A stretch of DNA of 32,000 nucleotides from Amoeboradix gromovi X-113. Taxonomy: Eukaryota; Fungi; Sanchytriomycota. Each line of letters begins with the position of its first letter. Position 1 is the stretch's first letter. The stretch is from NCBI GenBank assembly GCA_018985225.1, contig JADGIF010000013.1, positions 1 through 32,000 on the forward strand, written 5' to 3'. Below, in pieces: positions 19,969-28,449 of this stretch. Made by a program: the position numbers and the translations under genes. The notes below the pieces were generated by a model, which was not told the DNA's origin, did no database searches, and saw nothing but the letters and a program-made list of their open reading frames with translations.

Positions 19969-20988
19969 ATGAGGTTGATCTTATTGATTCTACAAGCAAT
20001 TGTTGCGCTGCTATTGCCAGATGGAAAGTCAGAGCTAGTTAATGAGATATTGGTGCTTTTGAGAGAATCAAAATTACTTTCTTTGAAAGAATCAAACCCG
20101 ATGAAGTTAGAAGCATCGAATTTTGCATTTTGGGAAGTATCAAAAACTCTAAATTTGGCGCCATCAAAAGTGGTTGAAAAAGTTAAGTCAAGTGACGTTC
20201 TAGGCCGAGTGCAATTGCACTTGAGGTCTCAAAATGAGTTACAGGCTATAAAGTCTAGCTTATTATACGAGCTAGTATCAGGCAAGTTATTGAACATTTA
20301 CAGTTGGGATCGATTGGAAAATGAAAAACTGAAAAACGAACTTTTACATTCATCAGTTGTAGTAGCTCATTTGTTAGATAATATCATAAAAGTGCGAAAA
20401 GCTTTAAATCGAGAAACAGCTCTGGGAACTATTCTAGCTGATGCTGGTAGTATAGATAATCTCAGACTGCTAGAAAAGAAAACAAGTTATGAATTGGTTG
20501 AATTTGCAGCTAAATACGCGTTTCAAGATGAAGTAATAACACTGGTGGATAACGATATATATGATTCTCTTAAAGGCGAATGGGGAGAGATTTGTAGTAC
20601 TTTAGGTAGCATATTCTTATTGCACAAAGTACTGCAAATGAGCAAGCCTGAAAGTATTTTGCCTCTCGATATTCCAGATTTCAAAAACACAGACAGGCTG
20701 GATGATATTTTTAATAATCTCTTTGCAAAAGTACAAAAATTTGCGAATGAAAACCCCAAACATTTCGTAGCATTGGCTGGAGTTTTAAGATCGGAAGAAC
20801 TTAAAGAACTGGAGCTAATTTTGCACACACCTACAGAAGAACAAGAGGTACCAGATATATCTAATGCAATTGCGATCATTGATGCTCGAAAGGAAGCAAA
20901 AGCAATTAAAGAGAGAGCTATAAACACCAAGGAAATTTACAATTCCGCCAAGAGGTATTTCGATCGTCTAAACTCATTAAGAACCTAA
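19969..20988 (+). CDS. Hypothetical helical protein with a hydrophobic N-terminus
   Basis: 339-aa open frame with coding-like composition. No family recognised. Confidence 0.7.
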   Translation: MRLILLILQAIVALLLPDGKSELVNEILVLLRESKLLSLKESNPMKLEASNFAFWEVSKTLNLAPSKVVEKVKSSDVLGRVQLHLRSQNELQAIKSSLLYELVSGKLLNIYSWDRLENEKLKNELLHSSVVVAHLLDNIIKVRKALNRETALGTILADAGSIDNLRLLEKKTSYELVEFAAKYAFQDEVITLVDNDIYDSLKGEWGEICSTLGSIFLLHKVLQMSKPESILPLDIPDFKNTDRLDDIFNNLFAKVQKFANENPKHFVALAGVLRSEELKELELILHTPTEEQEVPDISNAIAIIDARKEAKAIKERAINTKEIYNSAKRYFDRLNSLRT

Positions 20989-21287
20989 ATTGAAGTAAAT
21001 GTATTATAGAATTTAAACCTAGAGCTCTCAGACATTTCAATCAAAAACGATGCCCTTTGAGTTTTCGCCATTAAGACTTCTCAGGAGCACAACGGCAATA
21101 GCTAAAAATTTCTTTATTCTTACAAGGCTAGTCAAGCAGCAGAATTTTCCTTTAAGTGTTAGACTTACAAATCATTCTGCATAACTATAGAATTTGTCTC
21201 GTTTGTAAAAACAGTGGTTTCCCATGTGATACTGTTGTGCTAAAGAACTTAAAATCAATTTGGGACTGTATGTAGTATTTATTGTTA

Positions 21288-22787
21288 TTATTTATCTCCA
21301 GGACATTCAAAGCAAACATCACTTCCATTTGATGATTTAGGGAAGGCAATAACGCTCTGTATGCTCTCCTCATTGCACAGAATTGCCATCAGTCGATCAA
21401 ACCCAATAGCAATTCCGCCATGCGGGGGACAACCACTGTTTAAACCACTTATTAAATGGGAAAATTGGGCTTTTTGTGCATCAGTGAACTTCAAAATGTC
21501 AAATATTTTATTTTGAGTAGCAGAATCATGAATACGTAGCGAGCCACTTGCTAGCTCGCTTCCATTTAGCACCAAATCATAGCAACTGCCAATGTTGGAT
21601 AACAAATCATTATTTAGAGCTAAGTTTGGTTTAGTAAAAGGATGATGGCAGCATTTGACGCCATTTTTAGTCATCTTAAATAATGGAAAGTCTGTGATCC
21701 AAACTGGTTTGTAACCACACAAGGGTTTAACCAGGTATTTTGGCACAACAGTGCGTAAAGCTCGACCAAGTGGAGTATCTGAAGGGTTATCAGATAAAAT
21801 CGATATTTCCTGCTCTAATAATAGATCTGAGCCATCTTCAGCACAAGGATGATCGATATTTGCTAGAAAGGATTCAACAAATAAATCTGATTTCGGTATA
21901 CGCAGCACCTGGCGATTCCCGATTTGCTGAAGTGAATATTTTAGCCTCAAGTCAGGTTTATCGCATCCATACAACAACATGGCCTTTTTATATGAAATCT
22001 CAGTCAGGGAATCCAGGTGCAACTCAGCAGTCTTGAAAGCATTGGACAACAATCTCATAACCAGTGATTTTATTTCATCTTCAGTTGTAAAAGATAATTC
22101 CAGATCAATTTGAGTAAATTCGGGCTGCCTATCTTTACGGTGATCTTCGTTGCGGTAGCATTTGGCCATTTGAAAATATTTTGAAAATCCTCCTACCATA
22201 AGCATTTGTTTAAATTGCTGCGGACTCTGAGTCAGAGCATAATATTTATTCCCCACAGGAACATGAAATTCATTTGCACCTTCACTCGTTGGCTTGAACA
22301 ATGTTGGAGTTTCAATCTCAACGAAACCATTATCAATCAACAATTTTCTCACTTCAAAATTTACTTTCGATCTAAGTCTAATATTCTGTTGAAGCTTGTA
22401 ATTTCTCAAGTTAACGTATCGCAGTTTTTGCCGATCTAACATTTCGTGGGGCTTTGCTTTACCTCTAGGATCAAAGGGCAGAGACTTGCAAGAATTCAGT
22501 ACTTCTATTCTGTTAACAAGCATCTCTTGATTGTGTTTAATGGATTTGGATGGCTTATATTCCCCATATATTTGTACAACTGACTCGACTGGGATATTCT
22601 CCAACTCTTTTATAATATTTACATCGCGAACAACGCACAAATGGCTTTTGTTGTTTAAAACATCGAAAAATGCAATATTTTTTAGTATTCTTGGAGGGCG
22701 AAGCCAACCAGCAATTGTTTGCATCACCCCTTTTGCATAAGACGCGGAATATGCTCTAAGAACTCTCTTTCTAGATTTTAATTGCAT
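21288..22787 (-). CDS. MSD1: Mitochondrial (bacterial-type) aspartyl-tRNA synthetase, about 499 aa
   Basis: EIETPTL..EGA, QSPQQFKQMLM, YRNEDHRKDRQPEFTQIDLE, HHPFT, YDLVLNGSE and GCPPHGGIAIGFDRL. The first ATG (22787) gives an Arg-rich presequence MQLKSRKRVLRAY|S. Confidence 0.92.
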   Translation of the reverse strand: MQLKSRKRVLRAYSASYAKGVMQTIAGWLRPPRILKNIAFFDVLNNKSHLCVVRDVNIIKELENIPVESVVQIYGEYKPSKSIKHNQEMLVNRIEVLNSCKSLPFDPRGKAKPHEMLDRQKLRYVNLRNYKLQQNIRLRSKVNFEVRKLLIDNGFVEIETPTLFKPTSEGANEFHVPVGNKYYALTQSPQQFKQMLMVGGFSKYFQMAKCYRNEDHRKDRQPEFTQIDLELSFTTEDEIKSLVMRLLSNAFKTAELHLDSLTEISYKKAMLLYGCDKPDLRLKYSLQQIGNRQVLRIPKSDLFVESFLANIDHPCAEDGSDLLLEQEISILSDNPSDTPLGRALRTVVPKYLVKPLCGYKPVWITDFPLFKMTKNGVKCCHHPFTKPNLALNNDLLSNIGSCYDLVLNGSELASGSLRIHDSATQNKIFDILKFTDAQKAQFSHLISGLNSGCPPHGGIAIGFDRLMAILCNEESIQSVIAFPKSSNGSDVCFECPGDK

Positions 22788-23166
22788 AAAACCCAATAAT
22801 CTTTGTTTTTCAGCATCCGAAAATGTCTTTAAATTGCTGCGCAATATATGGCGCTCTAAAGAAAGTTGAATTTGAGACAGATACAGACACAAACCTCATT
22901 TGGAAGCGGTTAGTGACTATATGGCAGCAAGAACCATACACTATGTCGATCCTTATTTAATACTGCCTGAGAGTAGTGATAGTGTGAGAAACCACAATAA
23001 CGGAGTGACTGGCTCTATCGGTTTCCTTTAAATTCATGATTTTTAAAACCAAGGCATTTTATGAGGAGAAAATGAGATGATGAACTATTAGATGCCCAAA
23101 TCTTTTTGTTTTCTGATTTTTTGTCATTTATTTTAGGCCACTTCTGAATTTTTCACCCACTAAAAC

Positions 23167-24189
23167 ATGATCTTGTGGGAGTTCAATTACTTTTTGCGAA
23201 GCAATCTCACACTAGTTGTGGATCATCCAAACTTCAAGAAAGTTATACCACTAAGGCTTTTTTATTCTTATGCGGTTTGCCATCAAGATGAATTTAACAT
23301 TGAAGATATGGTAGTTCTGAAATTAGTAAAATATACAGATATAAGAGAAGAGCATTTACCATTCAAGTCTTTACTTACTAAAAAAGTTCTAAGGCCAGAT
23401 TTGACAGAGTTCCAACCACAATATTTGTTAGAAGCAATAATTGGCATGGTAGAGGTGGATCTGACAGGATTATTCGACAGTATGATTATGGGGAAGTTGT
23501 CTATTGACAAGGATAACTATTTAGAATATGTAGCGCGTGTTGACGAGCCATTAAAAATTCCGGATGATAAGATATTAATTAAATGTTTATTCAAATCTCT
23601 TAATCTTGACTATTTGATCCACTTGAAGGTCTTGCTAAATATGCAATCTAGATTGTTGTCGTTGAAATCATTTAATAGGGCTGCTTGTTTTCTTGTACCA
23701 ATCGCAGAACCATTAACTGCCTTTATTTGTGAATTGTATTACAAAGTGGCAGTCGTGGGTAAAGCTGAGTTGAAGTTCCGTATAGGTGAGCAATCGAAGC
23801 ATCTAATGCCCGAACCATCAAGGTTCTCTTTAGATATTCTTAAAAAAGATGTAGTTTTGGATGTTTACATAACTTCATCTGCTGATGTACAGCCTAGTAA
23901 TTCAGTGGAAAGGGAAATAGAAACTGGAGATGAATTTCTAAATTCCAATCAAAATAAATTAAAGTCATTGCTGCACAAAGATTTTATTCAACTATCCACT
24001 CGTAGAAAGACTGCAAAATCAAGACCACCTCTGCCTTTCCAAAAAGCCGAGGAATCTGAAGTAACTTCAATTTTGAGTGAACAAACAAAACAAAAATCTA
24101 TCAGAACAGATAGAGCTCTAGCAGCGATAAGCAATAAGAGTAAAACAACAAAAACAAGCAAAACAGTTGCAATTAACAGATGGAAGTAA
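23167..24189 (+). CDS. Hypothetical protein with a basic low-complexity C-terminus
   Basis: 340-aa ORF starting at ATG. No family recognised. Confidence 0.7.
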   Translation: MILWEFNYFLRSNLTLVVDHPNFKKVIPLRLFYSYAVCHQDEFNIEDMVVLKLVKYTDIREEHLPFKSLLTKKVLRPDLTEFQPQYLLEAIIGMVEVDLTGLFDSMIMGKLSIDKDNYLEYVARVDEPLKIPDDKILIKCLFKSLNLDYLIHLKVLLNMQSRLLSLKSFNRAACFLVPIAEPLTAFICELYYKVAVVGKAELKFRIGEQSKHLMPEPSRFSLDILKKDVVLDVYITSSADVQPSNSVEREIETGDEFLNSNQNKLKSLLHKDFIQLSTRRKTAKSRPPLPFQKAEESEVTSILSEQTKQKSIRTDRALAAISNKSKTTKTSKTVAINRWK

Positions 24190-24335
24190 GTAAATATAGT
24201 CGGTTTACATTTATTTCTATGAACTTGTACTTTTGATCAATTATTGGATGCCAAACTACAAGAGGCTGACAAAAAAATACGACTGAATGTTTTCAACAAT
24301 GCTTTTCTAAGAGTAGAAGTGGCAAATACACATTA

Positions 24336-25025
24336 TACTTGTTATAAGTCCTGATTTCCGAGAAAATCTAGAATTTCCACAGAGAACTAGCGGTGCTAGA
24401 TGCTCCGTTACATTGATTGCTCACGCTTCCACTACCCTGAGGCGGGATTGAACAAGGATACAGATACTTGATGTATATCCCTTTCTGCCATGTCGCCTCT
24501 ACCTATCTCCAAATGACAGTTGATACAAGTGTAGCTCTCCAAATTGGTTTCTTTAGAGTATCCGCGTTGTTGCACACGCAAGACATACGAACCATTAAAT
24601 AAATGGTTTGCAGCCTTATTTATCGTTGATCTCTTTCCAGGCATTGAAAGACATCTAATTCTTCCATGTTTGGACCAGTTCCTCAACGTTGATGTATGTA
24701 TACTACAACTATTAGCTGTTTCTTTAGATTTGACATGTTCAGGACTGCACCTATTGATTGCATTTACCTTGAGTCTGAATGGAGAATATCGAGCATAAGG
24801 TATTTGAAAAATCTAGAAAAGTCATGCGATTGTATAGAAATACATACGGATTCTCGATTAATGATTTATTTTGCAAAGTTCAATGCCTGCCTAGAATGTA
24901 GAATTACAGCACTGGGCTTTGCAACTAACAAACCCTTGGTGTGTATTACAAAAATTATTAGTTACGTTGATTTTGTGCAGCGATTTCAATACATGCTTTA
25001 ATTCTCTTCTACTAACATTCTTATT
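24336..25025. mobile_element. Family-2 element, copy B (terminus plus right-arm type sequence)
   Basis: 24596-25025 is a near-identical reverse complement of 11063-11491. 24336-24495 matches the terminal segment at 10553-10712, and there is extra sequence at about 24495-24565. Confidence 0.85.
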
Positions 25026-25137
25026 TAGTACTTCTAATAGGAAAGTATATGGCAAACTTTTTATGAAGATAATTAAATCTTAATGAAAATACCACGTATA
25101 ATTGATTTACTATGTACTTCTTCATATCGCATAACAT

Positions 25138-25770
25138 TTATCTGTTCCAATATTTATCCAGCTCCTCTTTGACTAGTAACTGAGCAGATTTTATAGATTT
25201 TATAGTAGTGGTATCAAACCCAAAGTTATACAAATCGAACTGAATACATCTAGATTGAACGATTACATCGGGAAAAGAAAGCAATAGCAGATGCGGAAGT
25301 GTAGAAGTGAAATAAGAGCCGTCTAATTGACTATTTACATGATAAACATCTTGACAATGGCCACAGTATCCTTTAACATAAGACACATAGGGCTTATCTG
25401 ACATACCAATGGGTATTAGTGGGGTTTTGGGACAATTATATCTTTTACAGTAGCCATAAATGCCTGATTTGACTTTCATCGCAATTTTCCGCATACCAGG
25501 TGCAGTAAGGACATATCTAGCATGAATCATTCCGTAAAGATGCCTCGTCGATTTATCTAGAATTAAATGTGCATCTTGGCTGTACTCTTGAATATCTGAG
25601 TTATCAGTCAGGATATCATAACAAATTGGAAAATGAACTATATTTTGAAGACCCGTAAGATTGAATTTGTCCAAATAAAAATCCTCTTCTACGTCTATCA
25701 AAAGTTGGCTTTCTGTTTGCCTAACATACCAACCTACCCAACCTTCTAAACTCTCACTAGAACTATTCAT
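25138..25770 (-). CDS. Divergent casein kinase II regulatory beta subunit
   Basis: WVGWY, DKFNLTGL, LYGMIHARYVLT, Zn finger YGYCKRYNC...YCGHCQDVY, DGSYF...PH. Confidence 0.88.
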   Translation of the reverse strand: MNSSSESLEGWVGWYVRQTESQLLIDVEEDFYLDKFNLTGLQNIVHFPICYDILTDNSDIQEYSQDAHLILDKSTRHLYGMIHARYVLTAPGMRKIAMKVKSGIYGYCKRYNCPKTPLIPIGMSDKPYVSYVKGYCGHCQDVYHVNSQLDGSYFTSTLPHLLLLSFPDVIVQSRCIQFDLYNFGFDTTTIKSIKSAQLLVKEELDKYWNR

Positions 25771-25775
25771 TTTCT

Positions 25776-26700
25776 ATGCCTAGTTTAAAGGAGGTGAGTT
25801 TTCATATGACGAAATGGGACATGCTAACTAGAAGTAGACTTGGAGTAAAAGGAGACAAAAAATATATTTTGTTTCATATAAGCAAATCACCTCAGAGGTT
25901 GGCCAACAAAACAGTTACGCTCACAATTGAATTATCATCGACACCAGTAAGGATGGTAAAGATGGATTGGTGTATAGAGATCTTGTGCTTCCAAAAACAT
26001 TTACTATGAATATGAAAAATGATGTTAAGGAAAGGATACGATTATAAAGTGGTTTACTTCGGCAGAGACAGATATAAACATGACGGGAGGGTTCCCGAAC
26101 ATCCTGCACAATGGATTATCGGATTCAGTTGTTGCAGTCACATTGTTTTTGCTTATTCTTGAGCTCAAAATGAAAGAAGAGGGATTAGCGACGAGTTATC
26201 ACGTGAAGCATGGGCGATAAAAAGAGGGCGCTCTACATTAAAAGTTCCAAGTGAAAAATGGTTTGTTAAGTTGTTTAATTTCTTATAGTTTTTGTACATG
26301 GAATTCCGCATTGCTCTTTGCAAAATATCTTGGCGATTATTACTCCGATGAAGCAAAAAAATAGTTGTTTGAATTTTATTTACATATGAGACATCAAATA
26401 TAAAAACTGGACTAACTTTCTGTAATATTGATGCACCACACTTGGTGGTTGTATTTCTGAATAAAGAAGAGTTCGGATACAATTGGACTTGGTGAAGAGG
26501 TATTTAACTGAGATTATTGAACGCAGAAGAGAAGAACTAGTGGTAGACGAGGAATCTGGGCTAGCAAGTAAACCCGTGTCATTGCAATCACAAGACGCAT
26601 CAAATACATCACCGAAGTTGACCATTCATCATGGTACCATAGTTGCCAAACCAAGTGAAATCGTACGTGATAAAGAAGCATTCAGTAAATTAAGATGAAG
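25776..26700 (+). pseudogene. Decayed coding-like segment of unknown family, interrupted by a TIR fragment
   Basis: Protein-like stretches in shifting frames broken by stops: IIIDTSKDGKDGLVYRDLVLPK; GYDYKVVYFGRDRYKHDGRVPEHPAQWIIGF; FAKYLGDYYSDEAKK*; LVKRYLTEIIERRREEL. An intron-like gtgagt...gctaactag lies at 25794-25831. Confidence 0.35.
26388..26425. mobile_element. Solo family-1 TIR fragment
   Basis: gagacatcaaatataaaaactggactaactttctgtaa is the reverse complement of 33-70 with 1 mismatch. It is preceded by ATAT, and no partner TIR was seen. Confidence 0.75.
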
Positions 26701-26704
26701 TAAA

Positions 26705-26968
26705 TTCAATGCCTACAAAGAGATCAAGGATAGACAAACCTGTAAACTATTTGTTTAATAATACTTATGTGATTGCTCTTACCACATGTGTAACAATAGA
26801 GAGATCGTATGGCGGCAAGGAATGTATACATCAAATATATGTATCCTTATTCAATCCCGCCTCAGGGTAGTGCAAGAGCGACCAGTCACTGTAACGGAGA
26901 TCTAGTACCGATTGTTTCTCTGTGGGAATTCTCGATTTTCTCGGAAATCAGGACTTTTAACGAGGGGA
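26705..26968. mobile_element. Family-2 element, copy C (left-arm type, inverted, more diverged)
   Basis: The reverse complement aligns to 10553-10812 (cctcgttaaaagtcctgatttccgagaaaatcgagaatt...cacatgtggtaagagc...ttgatctctttgtaggcattgaa). Confidence 0.8.
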
Positions 26969-26992
26969 CGTTACAATTCTAAAACCTTAAAC

Positions 26993-28279
26993 ATGTTTCC
27001 CTATTTCTCTCTTTACTTTGCTAAAACCATTGAAGAGTCGTTTCCAGAAATCAGAGTCGACAATGGCGTATTGCAACTAACAAAAGATAACTTTTACGTG
27101 CTGGAGGAACTAAACTCACCTATGATGGTGAGATTTTACACCCAGTGGTGTCGCTCTTGTAAAAAGCACCAAAGCACATATGAATCTGCTGCTAAACTAT
27201 TATGGAAGGATGCTCAACTGCCATTATTTCAAGCGGATTGTGGTGAGCTGACTGATATCTGTGGAAAGGTTAAAGTCAATAAAATGCCATCTTTTAAAGT
27301 ATTTTATAACGGCGTTCTTAAATCAGAATACAAGGGATCCAGAAGAATGGAGGATATTGTAGATTTCATGACACGGCATAGAATCCCATCTATTTTATCT
27401 ATTGGGCCGTCAACACCAGAAACCGCTTATTATTTCACGTTGGTTACAAACTATAAAAGTTTGCTGGAAAGACCACAGTACAAGCCATTAGTGGTGTACT
27501 TAAAAGGAATCGACGTAACATTTTTAGCTATGACAGAAGAGAAAGACTTTGTTGAAAATATTCCCTTTGAATTTCGGTTATTGGCAAAGCAGTTCTATTA
27601 CTTGTTATTTGACATATCTGTGCCAAGTTCACATTCTACTGATGAGCTGGGAAAGAGCTATGTAGATCTTAGTGGATTAGTGAGTGTGGGATACTACTTA
27701 ACAACACATGAAAATCTTAGAAACTATTTGCGTGAAAACAGACTGTTGGGTTCAGTTACGATTCTTAATCTATCAAATAATCCACTAAACTCTGAGATCT
27801 TTCTCCATATTTTAGAAACTGTTAAAGAATGTTCAAAGCTACAAGTGCTGGGCTTGACTTCAGCTGCTGGAGATCCCCACAGAAACTCATTTTTACATGT
27901 TCCAGATAAAACGCATGTAAGTCATAAACGCCAATGCCGAGGATACCCAGATTTATTTTCAATTTTTAAGATTCTTGAAAATATAAAGTATCTTGATATA
28001 CGCGGGAAGCCGGTTGAACCGCAGTTTCTGACCATGTTGTTTGAAAGAGCACATGTTTGCATGGAAGGCGAGATCAATAAAGATATCGAATACTTGGAAA
28101 AAGTTATTTGGATTCCAAAGGAGTATGTTGGAAATGCAAATGAATTGCAGTACACCTATTACAGCAAAATATTACAGGTTGCTGTGGGTGATGAAATGTA
28201 TCTGACAGTCTTGAGGGACGTTTTTGAAGCTCATAAGCGGTATTACAAGGACTTTGTATTTACTAATGACGTCAATTAA
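26993..28279 (+). CDS. Secreted-type thioredoxin/PDI a-domain fused to an LRR/RNI-like domain
   Basis: ATG at 26993 (428 aa) starting MFPYFSLYFA. Thioredoxin motifs VLQLTKDNF..FYTQWCRSCK..ADC..KMPSFKVF..YKGSR, followed by LNLSNNPL / LQVLGL / IKYLDIRG LRR-like units. No HDEL/KDEL. Confidence 0.8.
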   Translation: MFPYFSLYFAKTIEESFPEIRVDNGVLQLTKDNFYVLEELNSPMMVRFYTQWCRSCKKHQSTYESAAKLLWKDAQLPLFQADCGELTDICGKVKVNKMPSFKVFYNGVLKSEYKGSRRMEDIVDFMTRHRIPSILSIGPSTPETAYYFTLVTNYKSLLERPQYKPLVVYLKGIDVTFLAMTEEKDFVENIPFEFRLLAKQFYYLLFDISVPSSHSTDELGKSYVDLSGLVSVGYYLTTHENLRNYLRENRLLGSVTILNLSNNPLNSEIFLHILETVKECSKLQVLGLTSAAGDPHRNSFLHVPDKTHVSHKRQCRGYPDLFSIFKILENIKYLDIRGKPVEPQFLTMLFERAHVCMEGEINKDIEYLEKVIWIPKEYVGNANELQYTYYSKILQVAVGDEMYLTVLRDVFEAHKRYYKDFVFTNDVN

Positions 28280-28449
28280 ATTTACTTTTCGCTGTTTTTG
28301 CAGAGTATAATTGAATTCAATAACCATTTTACAATAAATCGACTGATGTAAAATTTTATAAGATCATAAGGCCATCAAGGTAATCGAATTTTGGATGGCT
28401 GTGTTGGATACGTTGAGAACAACGAACAAGGGTTAATATAGGGTATTTA

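Noticed and set aside
22788-22892. N-terminal extension of AspRS (and likewise 26912-26992 and 17948-17983)
   Set aside because: These are TTG starts called by the ORF tool, and the 26912 extension runs through transposon sequence.
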